DNA of 64,000 nt from the NCBI RefSeq assembly GCF_018977255.1, contig NW_024704742.1, positions 93,374,001-93,438,000 of the forward strand, written 5' to 3'. The position numbers were made by a program, and so were the translations under genes. The stretch's first letter is position 1. Each line of letters starts with the position of its first letter. The notes below the pieces were generated by a model. It did not search any database and was not told the DNA's origin. It was given only the letters and a program-made list of their open reading frames with translations. This DNA is from Callorhinchus milii. Its lineage: Eukaryota. Shown here in pieces: positions 50,093 to 63,753 of this stretch.

Positions 50093-51644
50093 CACTCAGA
50101 AAAAAAAGGATAATCTTTGCCACATATAAGACACCAACTAGAGTAGTCACAGAAAACTGTCATTAGGAGTCTCCTAATTTAAAAGATAACACCCCCCAAC
50201 TGTGTTGACATTTCCAGCTTCCCTGTCTATTTCACCCAGTAGGATTATAGCAGGGCGTCATTCTGTGAGCAAAGGCTGCTAATGACATCTTCAAATATGT
50301 AACAGTAAGCTCTCAGTGAGGGGAAAACGCTTCATTTAAAGTTTATTTTCAGTCTAGAAATAAAATCATACAAACAAGTTGCTGTCAAGGACAAGATAGA
50401 ACTTATTAAAATGTTTTGCGTATTAAATGGAAACCCATTTTCCTTTTTACTTGATTGACATTACGCTGATTGTCTGTGCATTGGTGTAGCAATCTGTTGG
50501 GACATGTGTCAGTACCTTCATGCGCTAATGTGGAGAGACTTGGGTATGCTACCCCAGTGATATAGTATTAGTAAATTGCTTACGTTAATCTGGCGACACG
50601 TAGGTCAATGGCTTTGCAAGATAATGTGCTGGAACATGGATCAGTGTTTATACCTCTTGAAACAGAATTCCTGCATCATTGGGAAAACAGCCCCCACACT
50701 TGCACGGTAAAGAGGGAAAATTAGAAGGTGAAGTTATTCTAGACTGCTCAGGTGCGCCTCTAATACAGTATCAGGTTGTGATGTAGAAGCCTTGTTTGCA
50801 TCAATGTGTGCACTTGTGATCTTGTCCCTCTGAATTAAAATCACCTTCTCACATGAGGTCATTTCAGGGGCATATGGCAAACATCAGTAGCTGAACCTCG
50901 AACACTGAGGCCAATTACAGCAGCCTAACTGCTACCTTAGCTGAGGTCAGTTAACTTGACAGTCTGGGATTTGAACCTGCAATTTATCAGTGTAGCTCAG
51001 TGCTTTACCACTGGACTATCAATGGAGGGTGGCTACAAGTGCAGTGTTTAAAAACTATATAGTATTTTAAATTATTAGGAAAATCACACTGCTAGAACAT
51101 GACTGAGAAACCGAACAGTGCCTGATATCATTCAGGAGCAGACTTTGAACCAAGGGCTACATAGGAACTGGAAAAGGTCATTTTGCCCACAAAATATACA
51201 GTCAATTCACTTTACAGTATATTCTGTGAAGCTCTTTGAGATGCCTCCGAGATGTGATAAGGCGCTGTATCAAATGAAAGTATTGTATTATTATTCAGAC
51301 AGTCAGGATTGCTCTGCCATTACCATTATGTCTATGGCAACTCTTTGATTGCAGTCACCTGCCTTTTCTCTGTAGAACCCACTAGTCACTGGAAATCCGA
51401 TTGCATGAGAAATTATAGACTGTTCTGGGCCTTGATAACAGGGCATGTTTTAACATATAATGTAATGGGTAAAATTCCCACCGGCCCCATGAATACCCCA
51501 GCAGTAATTTAAAAATGCCCCACCAGTAATTGCCCTTCCATAATAATAATGTCATGACAGTTTCATTGGTGCTCGCCAAGTGGTCACCATTTAGTCAGTT
51601 TTACAGAATATTATTTGATAATTAAAGATGTTATATGATTATTA

Positions 51645-52066
51645 TAATAAATAATAATCCTTGCATTTGCTATAGCGCTTTTCACGTCTTCTAGACGTCT
51701 CAAAACGCTTCACAGAATACACCGTAAAGTGAAACGCAAAATAATGCAGACGCTGGAAATCTGAAAACAAAAACAGAAGTTGCTGGGAACACTCAGCAGG
51801 TCAAGTGAGTATCTATGGTGAAAGGAAAGTGAATCAACATTTCGGGTCCACGACCCTTCGCCAAAACGTTTACTCACTTTCCTTTCTCCATAGACACTGT
51901 AAAATGAATTGACTATATTTGTGGGTGAAACGCGGCAGCCAATTGTGCACAGCAGTGTCCCACAAACAGTCGTGGATTGAAGTGACCAATTTATTATTGT
52001 TTTTTTTCTTGCGGGATTATTATTAGGCGTGTGGAGTAAGGAAACTTGCCCAAGGTTTCACCCTGC
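51645..52066 (-). mobile_element. Young SINE (head missing), interrupted by a Penelope-type insertion
   Basis: The SINE resumes after 51893. Confidence 0.85.
51734..51893 (-). mobile_element. Penelope-like pseudo-LTR fragment with degenerate hammerhead core and inverted tail
   Basis: Minus strand reads ttggcgaa-gggtc-gtg-gaccc-gaaa-tgtt; 30-bp inverted repeat; 15-bp flanking direct repeat. Confidence 0.65.
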
Positions 52067-54044
52067 TTGTATTACATATTAGATTCCTGCTTTCATATTA
52101 TTTTATTCATTCTAAGGTTGCGTCATCTGCAGAAATTTGTTTTTAACATTTCTGGATGCAGGAAAAAAGTGCCCCATTGAATTCAGTCCCCTCCAGTGAA
52201 AATTCCTTTTTAAAAGTGCCCTGATCTGATTACAAGTACAAAAAGGCAGTGGCAGGTTGCTTGCAAGGGGGATTGTGTGATACCAGAGAGAGTCAAGGAA
52301 TGAGGAGTTGAAGGAGTTCATTCGAATATTTTCCAATAGCTTGGGATCTGATTGAAGCACAAGGCAGAAATATACATTCTAAACTTATAAATACATTGTA
52401 AATATACAAAAACTAGGAAACTAAACAGAAACTGTGCAGGAATTTGTAATCTCAAGCCCCCTCTCCCCCCTCCACATACATAGCACAATCTATATTTGGG
52501 TCTGAACTGGTGCATTGACCTATATTTTTGGGGGAAATGGGAAATGGGAAGACGACATTGTGGAAATTACTTGCATCCAGGTGTCGTGTGCCAAAAAAGC
52601 ATCAGCAAATGGGTCTGTGGAAATTCACACCCGAGTCACTTACAATTTCAATTTGGACAGTTCAAAGCTGGAATCAACTATTGTTTCAGTAGCAGCTGAG
52701 CATTGAGCTTTTTTTTCCAAAAAATTTTCCCTACCTTCTGTCCTGAAGGCATTGACCCTTGCTGGAGTATGATTTCAAGGGCACCAGCACCAGTCCCGTA
52801 ACTTGCCCAAATGCCGTTTCTTCTTGTGTGAGTCCTGACATTGAGTTTCAAGAGGTATCAAACCAAAGCTCCGTGCTGTCCTTAACTGATACCCACATCC
52901 ACCATCCAGCAGGGGTCACCAGATAGTAATCAGGATAAGAACCATTAACTGATTTTCATCTTCCCGGCCAGGACATGCTAACTTAGCACAGAAGAGCTTT
53001 GAAACCTGAACCAACCTTTTTGGATTGTTACGACAATGCCTTCACCCATTTCTTCTCAGCCACCAGGGGAGCTCTCAGTACTAAGCTTTACCAGCTCGGC
53101 ACATCTGTAGAGCAACCCTGCAGAGGCATTTAAAAGGCCTGAATGCTGGATCGCCCAACAAATTGAGGAAGCAATGGGGGAAATCAAAATAGATGAAAAG
53201 TGGACGTTAAAGATCCCGTGGTGCTATTCGAAAACAACAGTCCTGATCACAATTGTTCACTTCACGGCTGTTTGTGGGACATTGCTTGTGTGCAGTTTGG
53301 TTGCCATATTCGTTTGCAAGATACACAAAATAACACATACACAGTACACAGCAAGATACACATATACAGCAAGATGCACATATACAGTATGTATATGTGA
53401 CGTGCTTTGAAATGTTCTCCTGAGGTGATAAGAAACCATATCGAATGAATTATTATTATTGAGATACAAGTATTGTCTTACAAATAGATATTTACTCCTC
53501 TTTGCTGTCCTTTGGATTGAGATGTCTAACCTCGTGCCTGTTTGGCTGGTTAGATAAGATTTCAAGATACTGTTCATTCAGAAAAAGAAAGGAGTTTCTC
53601 CCAATGTCCTTGCCAACAATTTACCAGATAAATTGGTCATTTACCTTCTGCTTGTTAGCGGGACATCCTAGCACAAACAATAGCATTGTTTGCTTCCAGA
53701 AATAGTCTTCACACTTGACATTAATTATTTGTGAAAAACATTGTGAAACGATACATTTCAATGTGAGAAGGCACCATAAAAATACAAGTTCTTTCTCGGA
53801 CTCTGACACTTTGCTCTCTTTTCATCTGAACTGGTTGCTAGGCTGATGCTTATTTGGCAGCGTGATTGAAATTCAATTTGTAACATCATCAGAGTTTCTC
53901 ATTGAAAATGGGATGGAAAGGCAAACATACAGGACACATCAAAGTTGAAAGTACATATTCAGCAGTTCATATCTTTGAGTATTATATTTCACCCACTCGA
54001 AGCATTTGCAATTAGTAATTTATACTGATATATTTTTAAGTGCT

Positions 54045-54461
54045 GTAATAATAATAATAATCCTTGGATCTGATACAGCACCATATCACATCTTCCAGAC
54101 ATCTCAAAGCGCTTCACAGAATTTACTGTAAAGTGAATTGACTTTATTTTATGGGTGAAACGCGGCAGCCAATTGCACAAAGCAGTGTCCCACAAACAGT
54201 TGTGGATTGAGTGACCAAATTATTATTTTTTTGAAGGAGTTATAACCACTGGAAAAGCGATCTGCCAATCAACTAACAACCAATTTCTACTTACTGCTTG
54301 GCAAACAGAGGCATGTGTGTGGAGTAATGAAACTTGCCCAATGTTTTGCTCTGACCTGCCTGGGAAACTTGCCCAATGTTTCGCTCTGACCCGCCTGGGA
54401 ATCGAACCCAGGTTCTCTCGCTGGTGAGGCGAGTAGTCTAACCACTGAGCTACAGGACTCC
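54045..54461 (-). mobile_element. Young SINE, long subfamily, internal 35-bp tandem duplication
   Basis: Duplication at 54329-54363 / 54364-54398. Confidence 0.88.
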
Positions 54462-55721
54462 ACAGAGATGGGGGTTCTGTAATATCCAGAAGTGGGGTCT
54501 TAATGGCAGCCTGGAGTGGGTGGGGGTCCCACACGCTGCTGTTCTAGGTTCCTCACCATTGACTATACTGTATTGTAATTTTGTTAGAAGGATCTTCCAT
54601 AAAATGACTGCCATCAGTGGGAATCTCATTTTTTTTTACTTAGCAGTGAAGCAATGTCGGGGTTTATTTCTGGGCTATTAGTGAGTTATTGTAATATATT
54701 GTATTTACTTATTCACTCAAGATTCTTCCTCTCGTTTACTCATTCATTTGATTATGCAGTGAAAAGGGAGATGTTATAGAGTCATGTCCAATAGGTAAAA
54801 AAATGCATTTGATTGGGGTCTAGGGGTTAATTTTAAATCTGGAGTTTTGTGCATTTTTTTTCTGCATGGTTTCCTTCATCAATTTCTCCCTTCCCCTCTG
54901 CAGACTCCTTTTTCCTTCTCCTGGGATACAGGTTCACTGGCACCAAATGTTCTCTGGTACTTCACCCACATGGCTGTTATTATCTGTCAGCCTTGATAGT
55001 ACGTCAGACGATTATGATTACTGGAGTTCCAATGGAGGCAATAGCGCCGTCTTAGATTTGATCAGCAGAATGGACGCTCATTATGCTGTAATACCTATGA
55101 TTCTCTGATTCTTATTTCGCTCCCCTTTCGCTTTGGAGTTGTACTGCATATGATCTTTGCCGAAGATAATGGAGCTGTAAATCTGCACTTAATTCCTTTC
55201 TGTATTCAGCTCCAAGAAGGTGATCATGAACTGATTGCTGTCACTGGCACCTTTTCTTTGTCCCTTCCCCAGACCCTCATTGAAACAAAGTGCCTGGTCT
55301 TCACTGGATGCACTATGATTCTATCAATTATTACCATCTGTTTATTGATTTGGCAAGTAAAGCTGAGTAAAGCTGAACTCGCGACATTAGCTGTTGGGCA
55401 AACAATGACTTTCAATTGCAAGTTAGCAGGACATTGGCTTTTTACAGAACAAAAACAAGCATCACAGATTTTATTATTGACCGTCTCCCATCCACAAGTC
55501 CGTTTGGTTTGATAAATATCAAACGTGTTGTCAAATTCATCTCATGGTGTCCATTATATTGATAAAGAGTCTTCCATAAAAAGCTCACAGCTCGGGTATT
55601 AAATGTGTTTAAAGACTGTGCGAACCTCAATTACCACTAGCTAATTGAAGATGTCAATTAACTATTACTTGCTTCCACTTAATGGCTGGAATTTAAACTT
55701 ATTAGTCATTAGTTTGACTCC

Positions 55722-56092
55722 TATAATAATAATAATAAACCTTGCATTTGATATAGTGCCTTATCACGTCTTTGAGACGTCTCAAAGCCCTTCACAGAAT
55801 ATACTGTAAAGTAAATCGACTACATATTTTGTGGGCGAACCACAGCAAACAATTGCACACAGCAGTGTCACACAAACTGTGTGGATTGAGTGACCAAATT
55901 ATTATTAAAAAAATTTTTTTGAGGGATTTTTAACCCCAGCGAAGTGATCCGCCAATCGACTAACAACCAGGTTCCTACTTACTGCTAAGTAAACAGAGGC
56001 GGTGGAGTAAGGAAACATTTCGCCCTCCCTGGGAATCGAACCGAGGTCATCTCGCTTGCGAGGCGAGTGCTCTAACCACTAAGCTACAGGAT
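55722..56092 (-). mobile_element. Young SINE, long subfamily
   Basis: Family similarity. Confidence 0.88.
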
Positions 56093-56493
56093 TACTACAG
56101 GATCATTAGAGACAGTGCTAGCAGATTGGACCTGGTTGAAAGCCTGGGTATTAATGTGAGGTAAAACCTACATTATAGGAATAAATTACATTTCCTTAGT
56201 TCAACATCTGTGCAACAATTTAACTACATATGAAGATTTTAGCACATTTTATGCTGGTACAATAGCTTTAATTGCTTTGCTTCCCTAGACTCGGACGTAA
56301 AAGTTACTGAAATGTTAATTATAGCCATTTTAATACTATCGAGGTACTGTAGATGAGTAACCACACGGAACTATTTAAGCACCCTATAAATCAAAAGTTA
56401 TTGCTTTTGTTTTGTCATTTGTTGCTGCTCTTTAACTGGAAATGTAAACCATGCACTGTGGCTTTCAGGATAAAGTGAATACACTTTATAGCT

Positions 56494-56882
56494 GGAGTGC
56501 TGTAATTCAATGGAACTACAGCACTTCAGCCTTTTTCCTCATAAGCAAGAGACTGGGTTTGATTGCCAGTAGGGTGAAACGTTGAGCACGTTTCCTTACT
56601 CCAAGTGCCTCTGTTGACATGGCAGTAAGTAGGAACCCGAATGTTAGTCGATTGGCGGATCGCTTGTCTGGGGGTAATAATTCATTCAAAAAAAATAATG
56701 ATAATAAATTGGTCACTCAATCCATGACTGTTTATGGGACACTGCTGTATGCAATTGGCTGCTGTGTTTTACCCACAAAATATACAGTTAATTCACTTTA
56801 CTGTATAATCTGTGAAGCGCTTTGAGACATTTTGAAGATGTGATAAGGCGCTATATCAAATGCAAGAATTATTATTATTATT
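56494..56882 (+). mobile_element. Young SINE, long subfamily, rearranged head
   Basis: Family similarity. Confidence 0.85.
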
Positions 56883-57921
56883 ACACTGGAGACAGTACTA
56901 TACCATCACTGGCTTTGCAATGAGGGTCTTAATGCTCTCTGGTCCTAGTGTAGCTTTAACAACAACAACAAAATTACATTTTTAAAGCGCCTTACATATC
57001 GGGAGGATGTTCCATTTGTTTAACAACAACAACTTGCATATATATATATATATATATATAGCCCTTCACACAGGATGGCGACTTCGAGCGGTAACAGTGG
57101 TGAAGCTATATTCCATTTAGCCCGTAGCCTGTAAGACTGTTTTGTGTTTAAGATTATTTAGGGTTCTGGAAAATTCTTAAATTCAGTCTTAAGTTGGAAG
57201 CCTTTATCTTCTTAAAAAGAACCAGCTTCATTTGTGGTGGAAGAAAAGGATGCTCCTTTTAAGTTTATTTCATGTATGAATTTGTTGTGGATCAGCTTTT
57301 GAAAATACATGTATCTTGAATCAGCCTTTCACTCTTCTCTGCTACCAGATAAAAATATCTGACTGAGATGAAGCTCACTCCTCCTTTATCTAAAAGGTCT
57401 GTATATGTTCATTCACAGCATGAAAGGATTCTCAATTCATCCCAACAATCTTATCTTTTTCTTTCATATTACAAAATAATTAAGAATTGTGTTACTGCCT
57501 GAAAGCGCACGTTTAAGTTTCTAGTTTCCAAATGCTTAAGAACTTTCCTGCCTAGGTCCTCGATTTTGAGTGAACAGAGAAACTTGGAGGTAAATACACA
57601 GAAGAAAAAGACAAGCTTTTCATCTCCAAAAATAACGTGGGAAGATTCCGCCTCATATAATTCAGAGGGAGAGTTAAACTGAGGATGGTAGTGGTTTTAC
57701 ATATATCGATGATATTACTGTATTAATTGTGTTTTGCGTATCCTTGTGTCTTGTGATACACATCCTCGTAAGCGCTCCAAGACACTACCCCGCATGAAGA
57801 ACACTATATAAATGAACTTGTTGTTGTTTTAATTCTTCCTTATTCCCTATATGCAAACTTCCTTGATGGCTTATCACATGAATCCAAGGATGTACAAGTA
57901 AAAAGGTGTCACACACCATCT

Positions 57922-58043
57922 TTGGGTAAAATTTCTGTTTAGGGTTGCATGCCTTTGGCGATGCTGACCTTTAATTGGATTTCCCATTATAAAAGTCGCC
58001 CATTCGCCAAAGGTGTTGCGAGACGAATGAAATTTGTACCCAA
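57922..58043. mobile_element. Short palindromic MITE-like element
   Basis: ttgggtaaaatttc...cctttggcga pairs with tcgccaaagg...gaaatttgtacccaa. Confidence 0.5.
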
Positions 58044-61000
58044 CCATGAGCAATCAGATTGGTGGGGCACAAATATCTTGGAATAGTGAACCTTGGTAAT
58101 GAGGATAGTAATATTTACCCACTGAAAAAGAAGGACGTCCTCCCGAAGTAAAAGGGGCTATCTATATAAATGTAATTTTGCTGTTGTTGTTGAAATACAG
58201 TAAGACTACACTAACGAAGGTCGGCTCGGAGATGGCAGCTTATGGGATCTATTCAATCAATAAGCACTGATCCATTTGTTTCACATTCTGATACCAAGGT
58301 CAAATTACATTTTGAAGTTAATGACTAGAAGGTTTCCAGCCTGTTTGTCTTTCATATTTCTGGTTTCGGGCCAGATGTTTTCCTGAATCTGCTCACAAGT
58401 AGACTTTTCGTTTGCTTGGAGTTCCTATACTCTGCCCCGGATTTTCACCCCATGGCAATTGGAAGAAGGTCTTAGTTAGTTATCCCCAGCTAGTTTTATA
58501 GCTTGTCCCAGCTAGACACAACAATTTTTACACTGCTGCAGTTTTCACATAAGGTTCTCATTTATTATTGTGTATTCCTTCATGATGATGCAGTTACTTA
58601 TGAAATAAATATAAACAGTGAACTGGACTGAAGCAGACATTTGTTGGAGGATAGAAGTTTAAATCTTGGATGACCTGGCGATGGAATGAGTTGTGGTTTG
58701 AACAATCTAAGAGTATCAGTGATATAGTTGACTTCAGCAAAAATGTACTGCCTGAGTGAAATAGATTTTATTTTAAATTGAGAAACATAGATGAAGGGCC
58801 AAGGTCCATCATATCGGAGACTTCCAAGGTTAAAAAGAGTTGGTGAAACAATTACATCATTTATGAAGAATGCACTGAAGGGTGTTTTGTGTTTCACAGA
58901 TTCTCAGAATTAGATTACGTCATAACAGAACAACCAAAGTGATAATATGTTGTGAGATCTAGTTCTTAGTAACTTCTAATTGCACTTCCACTTTCGCATC
59001 CCCAATAGACTTCTGAACTTGCAGTAGCAACTAGAATTAAAACAAGATTATGCTGTTGGTTTGCTATTGGAGACGCTAGGAGCTTTACATGGTGCACAGC
59101 ACAGAGAATAGGTAAACATACTCTATCTAACTTAGACTTGTGACATGGCTATTCTCTTTCTAAGCACTCAGGTATGAATTTTTGCCTGTTAAATAGCTAC
59201 ACGGATGTATTCTTATTTTGATTGACCGGCTGTATAGTTACAAGTACAAATGCAAGTAGCTTTAAGATTGTTTTGGGTTTATGAATATCGTGTTTAAGAA
59301 GCATTACAATACTTAAAGTACAATATTTAAAGTAAAATAAACAAAAAGCTGCTTTGGGGTCCCCTGATAGAGTAGTGACTAAGAACCCCACTCAGTGTTG
59401 AACTGAGGCATATCAGATCAGAAGATTGCGGCTTAATTCTACATCTATGTTGAATTAGCATAGACTGCAATTGGCCTTACTACTCAGGATTTGGGAGGGA
59501 ATAATCAGCATAGTTCCAACTCTTGATCAGCCTCCAGTAATCTCTGTTGGAAAGTGCATTTGTGCGGAAATTGTCAAATAACCAATTGAGCTACAATGGG
59601 GTTGAAAATGCACTTGTCAGAAAAACAGCAGGGGGAAACGACACTTTGACACCAAACCTAAATTGAAAACTCCATGTGTGTGACGCCAACCGTGGGAACT
59701 CAGTTTGGAGTTGCATTTAAAGTGGATTAACGTCATGTACGTGGGGACACCCCGCTGGCACTTTTTACAATGTCAGGGAGTATTCCCACTGACAGTTTTT
59801 CCTACTGTCTAAGGTGACACGTGAATACAATACAATTCACATTTATATAGTGTGTTTCATGTTGGGATGTTGTTCCAAAGCGCGTACACAGTGCTGGATT
59901 GGCATCCTCGTTGGTAGTGGGAGGCAAGGGGGTGGGTCAGGGAAAGATGTCTGGAGCCTGGTGAAGGAAAGAACACAGGTTGCAAATTTTGGAGTGACTG
60001 CAGCTCGTGTAGTGAAGCGCTGGGAAGCTTGGTAAGCAGAGGGTTGGCGTAGTCAAGCTTAGAAGTGGTAAATGCTCGGATGAGGGTCTCAGCCGACAGA
60101 GAGGAGAGGTTGTGGCAGAGGCAGGAAATGTTTTGGAGGTCCGAGGGGAGAGGATGTGGCGGGGTGGGGAATGTTTTGAAAAATGCTGAGTTGAGCGGGG
60201 GACTGCTGGGGCCTAGGTAACCTAGCAGAAGTCTGTACTATCAGGAGAGAACTAGGAGAGAAAAGAGGAGAAAATTTGGGGTAAAAAAAATCAATAATTA
60301 GAGGTTAGAAACAATAATAAATGTCTGTCAGTATGTTTAAGTCAATAGTTCAAGCTCTGGGGGTTTTGTTGACATTCATAAATTGCTTAAGCTTCACTCT
60401 TGTGGTTTATGGTCCTTAAACTGCTCGATTTGAATTATTGCTTCGTAACTGACTGCCAGACATCTCTTACTCTATATGTTATTCTGTTCTCCAAACGTCT
60501 ACTGAAAAAATTATAGTACCAGACATATGATGCCGCTGTTTATCAAGTCGAGCCCCGTGCTTGTCCGTTTAGCACAGTATTACACATTCTGATGCTTCTG
60601 TCACAAAAAACTCCATGAAAGGAATGAGTTCTAAACTATTAAAATACATTAGGAGATGACAGAAGAAATAAAACACACATTATGTATAAGTAAGAACTAC
60701 AAAGTGTTGGTACAAGCAGTAATCTCAGGGTAAAATTACTATTGATAAACTGCTGTTAGCTGTGTAGTCAAGGTTTGCGATTTTTTAAATTCTCCATGGA
60801 ATTTCCCCTTGTAACTTATTTTCTGGTAACCTTTATGTGGCACAATTAATGGGTTGTTTTGGTGTCAAAAAACATTAGATCAAAGCTACAGTAATTCAAA
60901 ACATGTATTAATCTTGATAGCCTTGAACAGACTTCCAACCATCTGTTACCAAACATTCGAGTCTTGTCTAGCCCTTCATTATACATCTTGTGCAGAGTTT

Positions 61001-61109
61001 ATCTTCCACTACTTTTATTCTCTATACTTTTTCAATATAGGTATGATAAAGCAGATTTATTTCAATAATAGTTCGGCTCATTTGGTAATCATTCTGGAAG
61101 ATACAAGTT

Positions 61110-61485
61110 GAGTCCTGTAGCTCAGTGGTTAGAACACTCGCCTCGCAAGCGAGAGACCTGGGTTCGATTCCCAGCAAGAAGAAACGATGGGCAAGTTTCC
61201 TTACTCCGCACTCCTCTGTTTACCTCGTGGTAAGTAGGAACCCGGTCGTTAGTCGATTGGCAGATCACTTTTCCGAGGGTAATAATTCTTTAAAAAAAAG
61301 TAATAAAAATTGGTCGCTCAATCCATGATTGTTTGTGGGACACTGCTGTGCGCAATTGACTACCGCTTTTTGCCCACAAAATGTACAGTTATTTCACTTT
61401 ACAGTATATTCTGGAAAGCTATTTGAGACGTCTCGAAGACTTGATAAGGCACTATATCAAATGCAAGAATTATTATTATTATTAT
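61110..61485 (+). mobile_element. Young SINE, long subfamily, full length
   Basis: A/B boxes intact. Confidence 0.9.
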
Positions 61486-61487
61486 AA

Positions 61488-62690
61488 GGGGCATCAGTCC
61501 CAATTGTTGAATTCTTATCAGTAACTGGGGCTTGCAGTGGACACCAACCTATCCTTGGACACTGTCCTAAAGGACCGCACAAAGAGGGGCCAAAGGGCAG
61601 TATGGTCATGTTTGTCTCTCTTCAAGGACAGCAAAGCCCTAATGCAGGTTAAGCTTCTGGACAATAAGACTTTTGTACAAATAGTTCTTCTTTCTGGATC
61701 TGAGCTCCTGGGGATGCAGCAGAGAGGCTTCCTCCGACCCAGGATCAAGCATTGAAATGGATTTGTGGCAAACATGGAAAGTGGCTGCAAGGAGGAAAGG
61801 CTCCAGCCTACACTGACCTTTCACTGAGTACCCTGGAGCTGGAGTCGGCTTTACAGTGGGCACATCTATTTGCTAAACTCTTTCACACAAGGACCTGGAT
61901 AAGCAGCTGGTTCCAAGTAAGCCTGATACACGGCATTGGACTTGGACCTTAAGGTGGCTGGCACGTCACAAGCTGTCCTGCAAAGGCGCTCCCACACGCT
62001 AAAGGCAGATGTCCATCAGATAGATGATGAGGAAACTCTGAGGCTTCGGACGATGGTTCCTGGAAGGTGTTAACTGGAGTCTGCGTTTGTAAACATGCAT
62101 TCTTACACCTAGGGGCTGGAATCCAACTTGATTGATTTGCAGACAGGCAAGTAGCTGCTCTCATGCTCTGCACCACCAACTGATAGAACTATTACTGGAT
62201 GTGTGTACACGCTGTTGTCGGAACATGGTGCCAATGCTTTCACACATTTCATGCTGAGCTGTGCTGCCCACCAGGAAGCTCGCAAGGAGTTTCTGGTTCC
62301 TGCCATGCAACAACAACAACTTGTACTTATATAGTGCCCTCCACGCAGGGTAGATATGTTTGGCAACGGAATGTCAGAATCGAGCCAGTCCTCGGTAGTG
62401 GTCTTGGGTAGTACAGTTCCTGAGGCAGTTGGGCACACGGTATTCCAGGACACTGCTGATGACAGCACCGCCAGCCTGGCTATTATAATCAAGAGGACTT
62501 AGAAGGGCAGATCAAACACCGGGCACAGGGACTCTTGCCACTCAGCTCCTCTGTTATCCCTACAAACCAAAGCCCTCACGGGTAGGATAGTCCTCGCTGT
62601 GCTAGGACAAGCAGTGGCAATCTTGGCCAAGCAGTGCTCTTAATAGCAAGCTTTGTGTTTTAGCTGGTTAGACTCCAGCAGTATCCCAAT
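61488..62690 (+). mobile_element. Decayed non-LTR retrotransposon 3' region (RTE/RTEX-like)
   Basis: KTFVQIVLLSGSELLG thumb-like peptide and an HFMLSC zinc-knuckle remnant. Related pieces at about 24900-25300 (+), 37880-38085 (-) and 40290-40430 (+). Confidence 0.55.
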
Positions 62691-63753
62691 GAGATAAGTT
62701 TCCACTTGTGTCAGGATTTGAGCTAATAGTCCAGGTTAGCTGACAATCCAGAGCAATATTGGGCGAGTAATTCATTGCCATGCTTCGATGTGATATTAAA
62801 TCATGGTCTTGTTCTGCTATTTCAGGTGGATGTTAAAGACCATGATAGGATTTAAAAAGAAGAGTGCTGGCCAACAATTCTCCAGATTAATTGGTTATTC
62901 ACCTTATTATTATTATGGTTAGTTATACCATACTGATGTAATGGCAGCAGCATTTGCCTACAAAACCAGTAATTACTTGTGAATTATGTTTTGATGTTTC
63001 ATAACAAAGCGTTATAAAGAAGTTCTTTCATTTATATAATCCTAAAAATTACCTGTTGTCTGTTAACATTCCCAGTGTTTCCTATTGAATTTGTATTTTC
63101 CAATCCTGCTGTTGTGCTTTGCGACACAGTTTGCAATCTGTTACTTCAGCTGAGTTTTCCCCTTGGGTTCATGTCACACAGTAGGAAGAGGGAAGGGATT
63201 ATAATATTGAGATAAATTTGTTGTCAAACAGGGAGGTTTTATTGAGATTTGCGTCACATTTTCCATGACAATTTATTTTGGTTTGGGAGATTGTGTTGGC
63301 ACCCACACCAATGCACTATACTTTTCTTTGTATTTTGACCCAAATAAAACTTTATCCAGCACAAAACACACTTTTCCATTTGGAAGTAAATAGCAGAAAC
63401 TGAAGGCACAGTCTCAAGCTGGAGAATAACAACTGCATTTAAATAGTACTCTTGAAAGAAGTAGCTTCTCAGATAACTTAATAGTTCCATGACATCAAGC
63501 ACCTTCCAATACCTTGCCTAGTAATAATTGTTTGTGTTTGAGCCGAGGCAGTGAATGTTTACAAGCTATTTGAATGAGGAGGTATAACTGCCAAAGCGGA
63601 TTCTGTACTGACCTGACATCCTGAGACATCCTTCGGATGTGAAAGGCGCTATAGAGTACCAAATGGAAGGATTATTATTATTATTATGGGTAGGGATTTT
63701 TTTTGTGTGTGTGTGTTCCAAATAATTTTGTTGCCTCGATGCGTCTTTTATTG

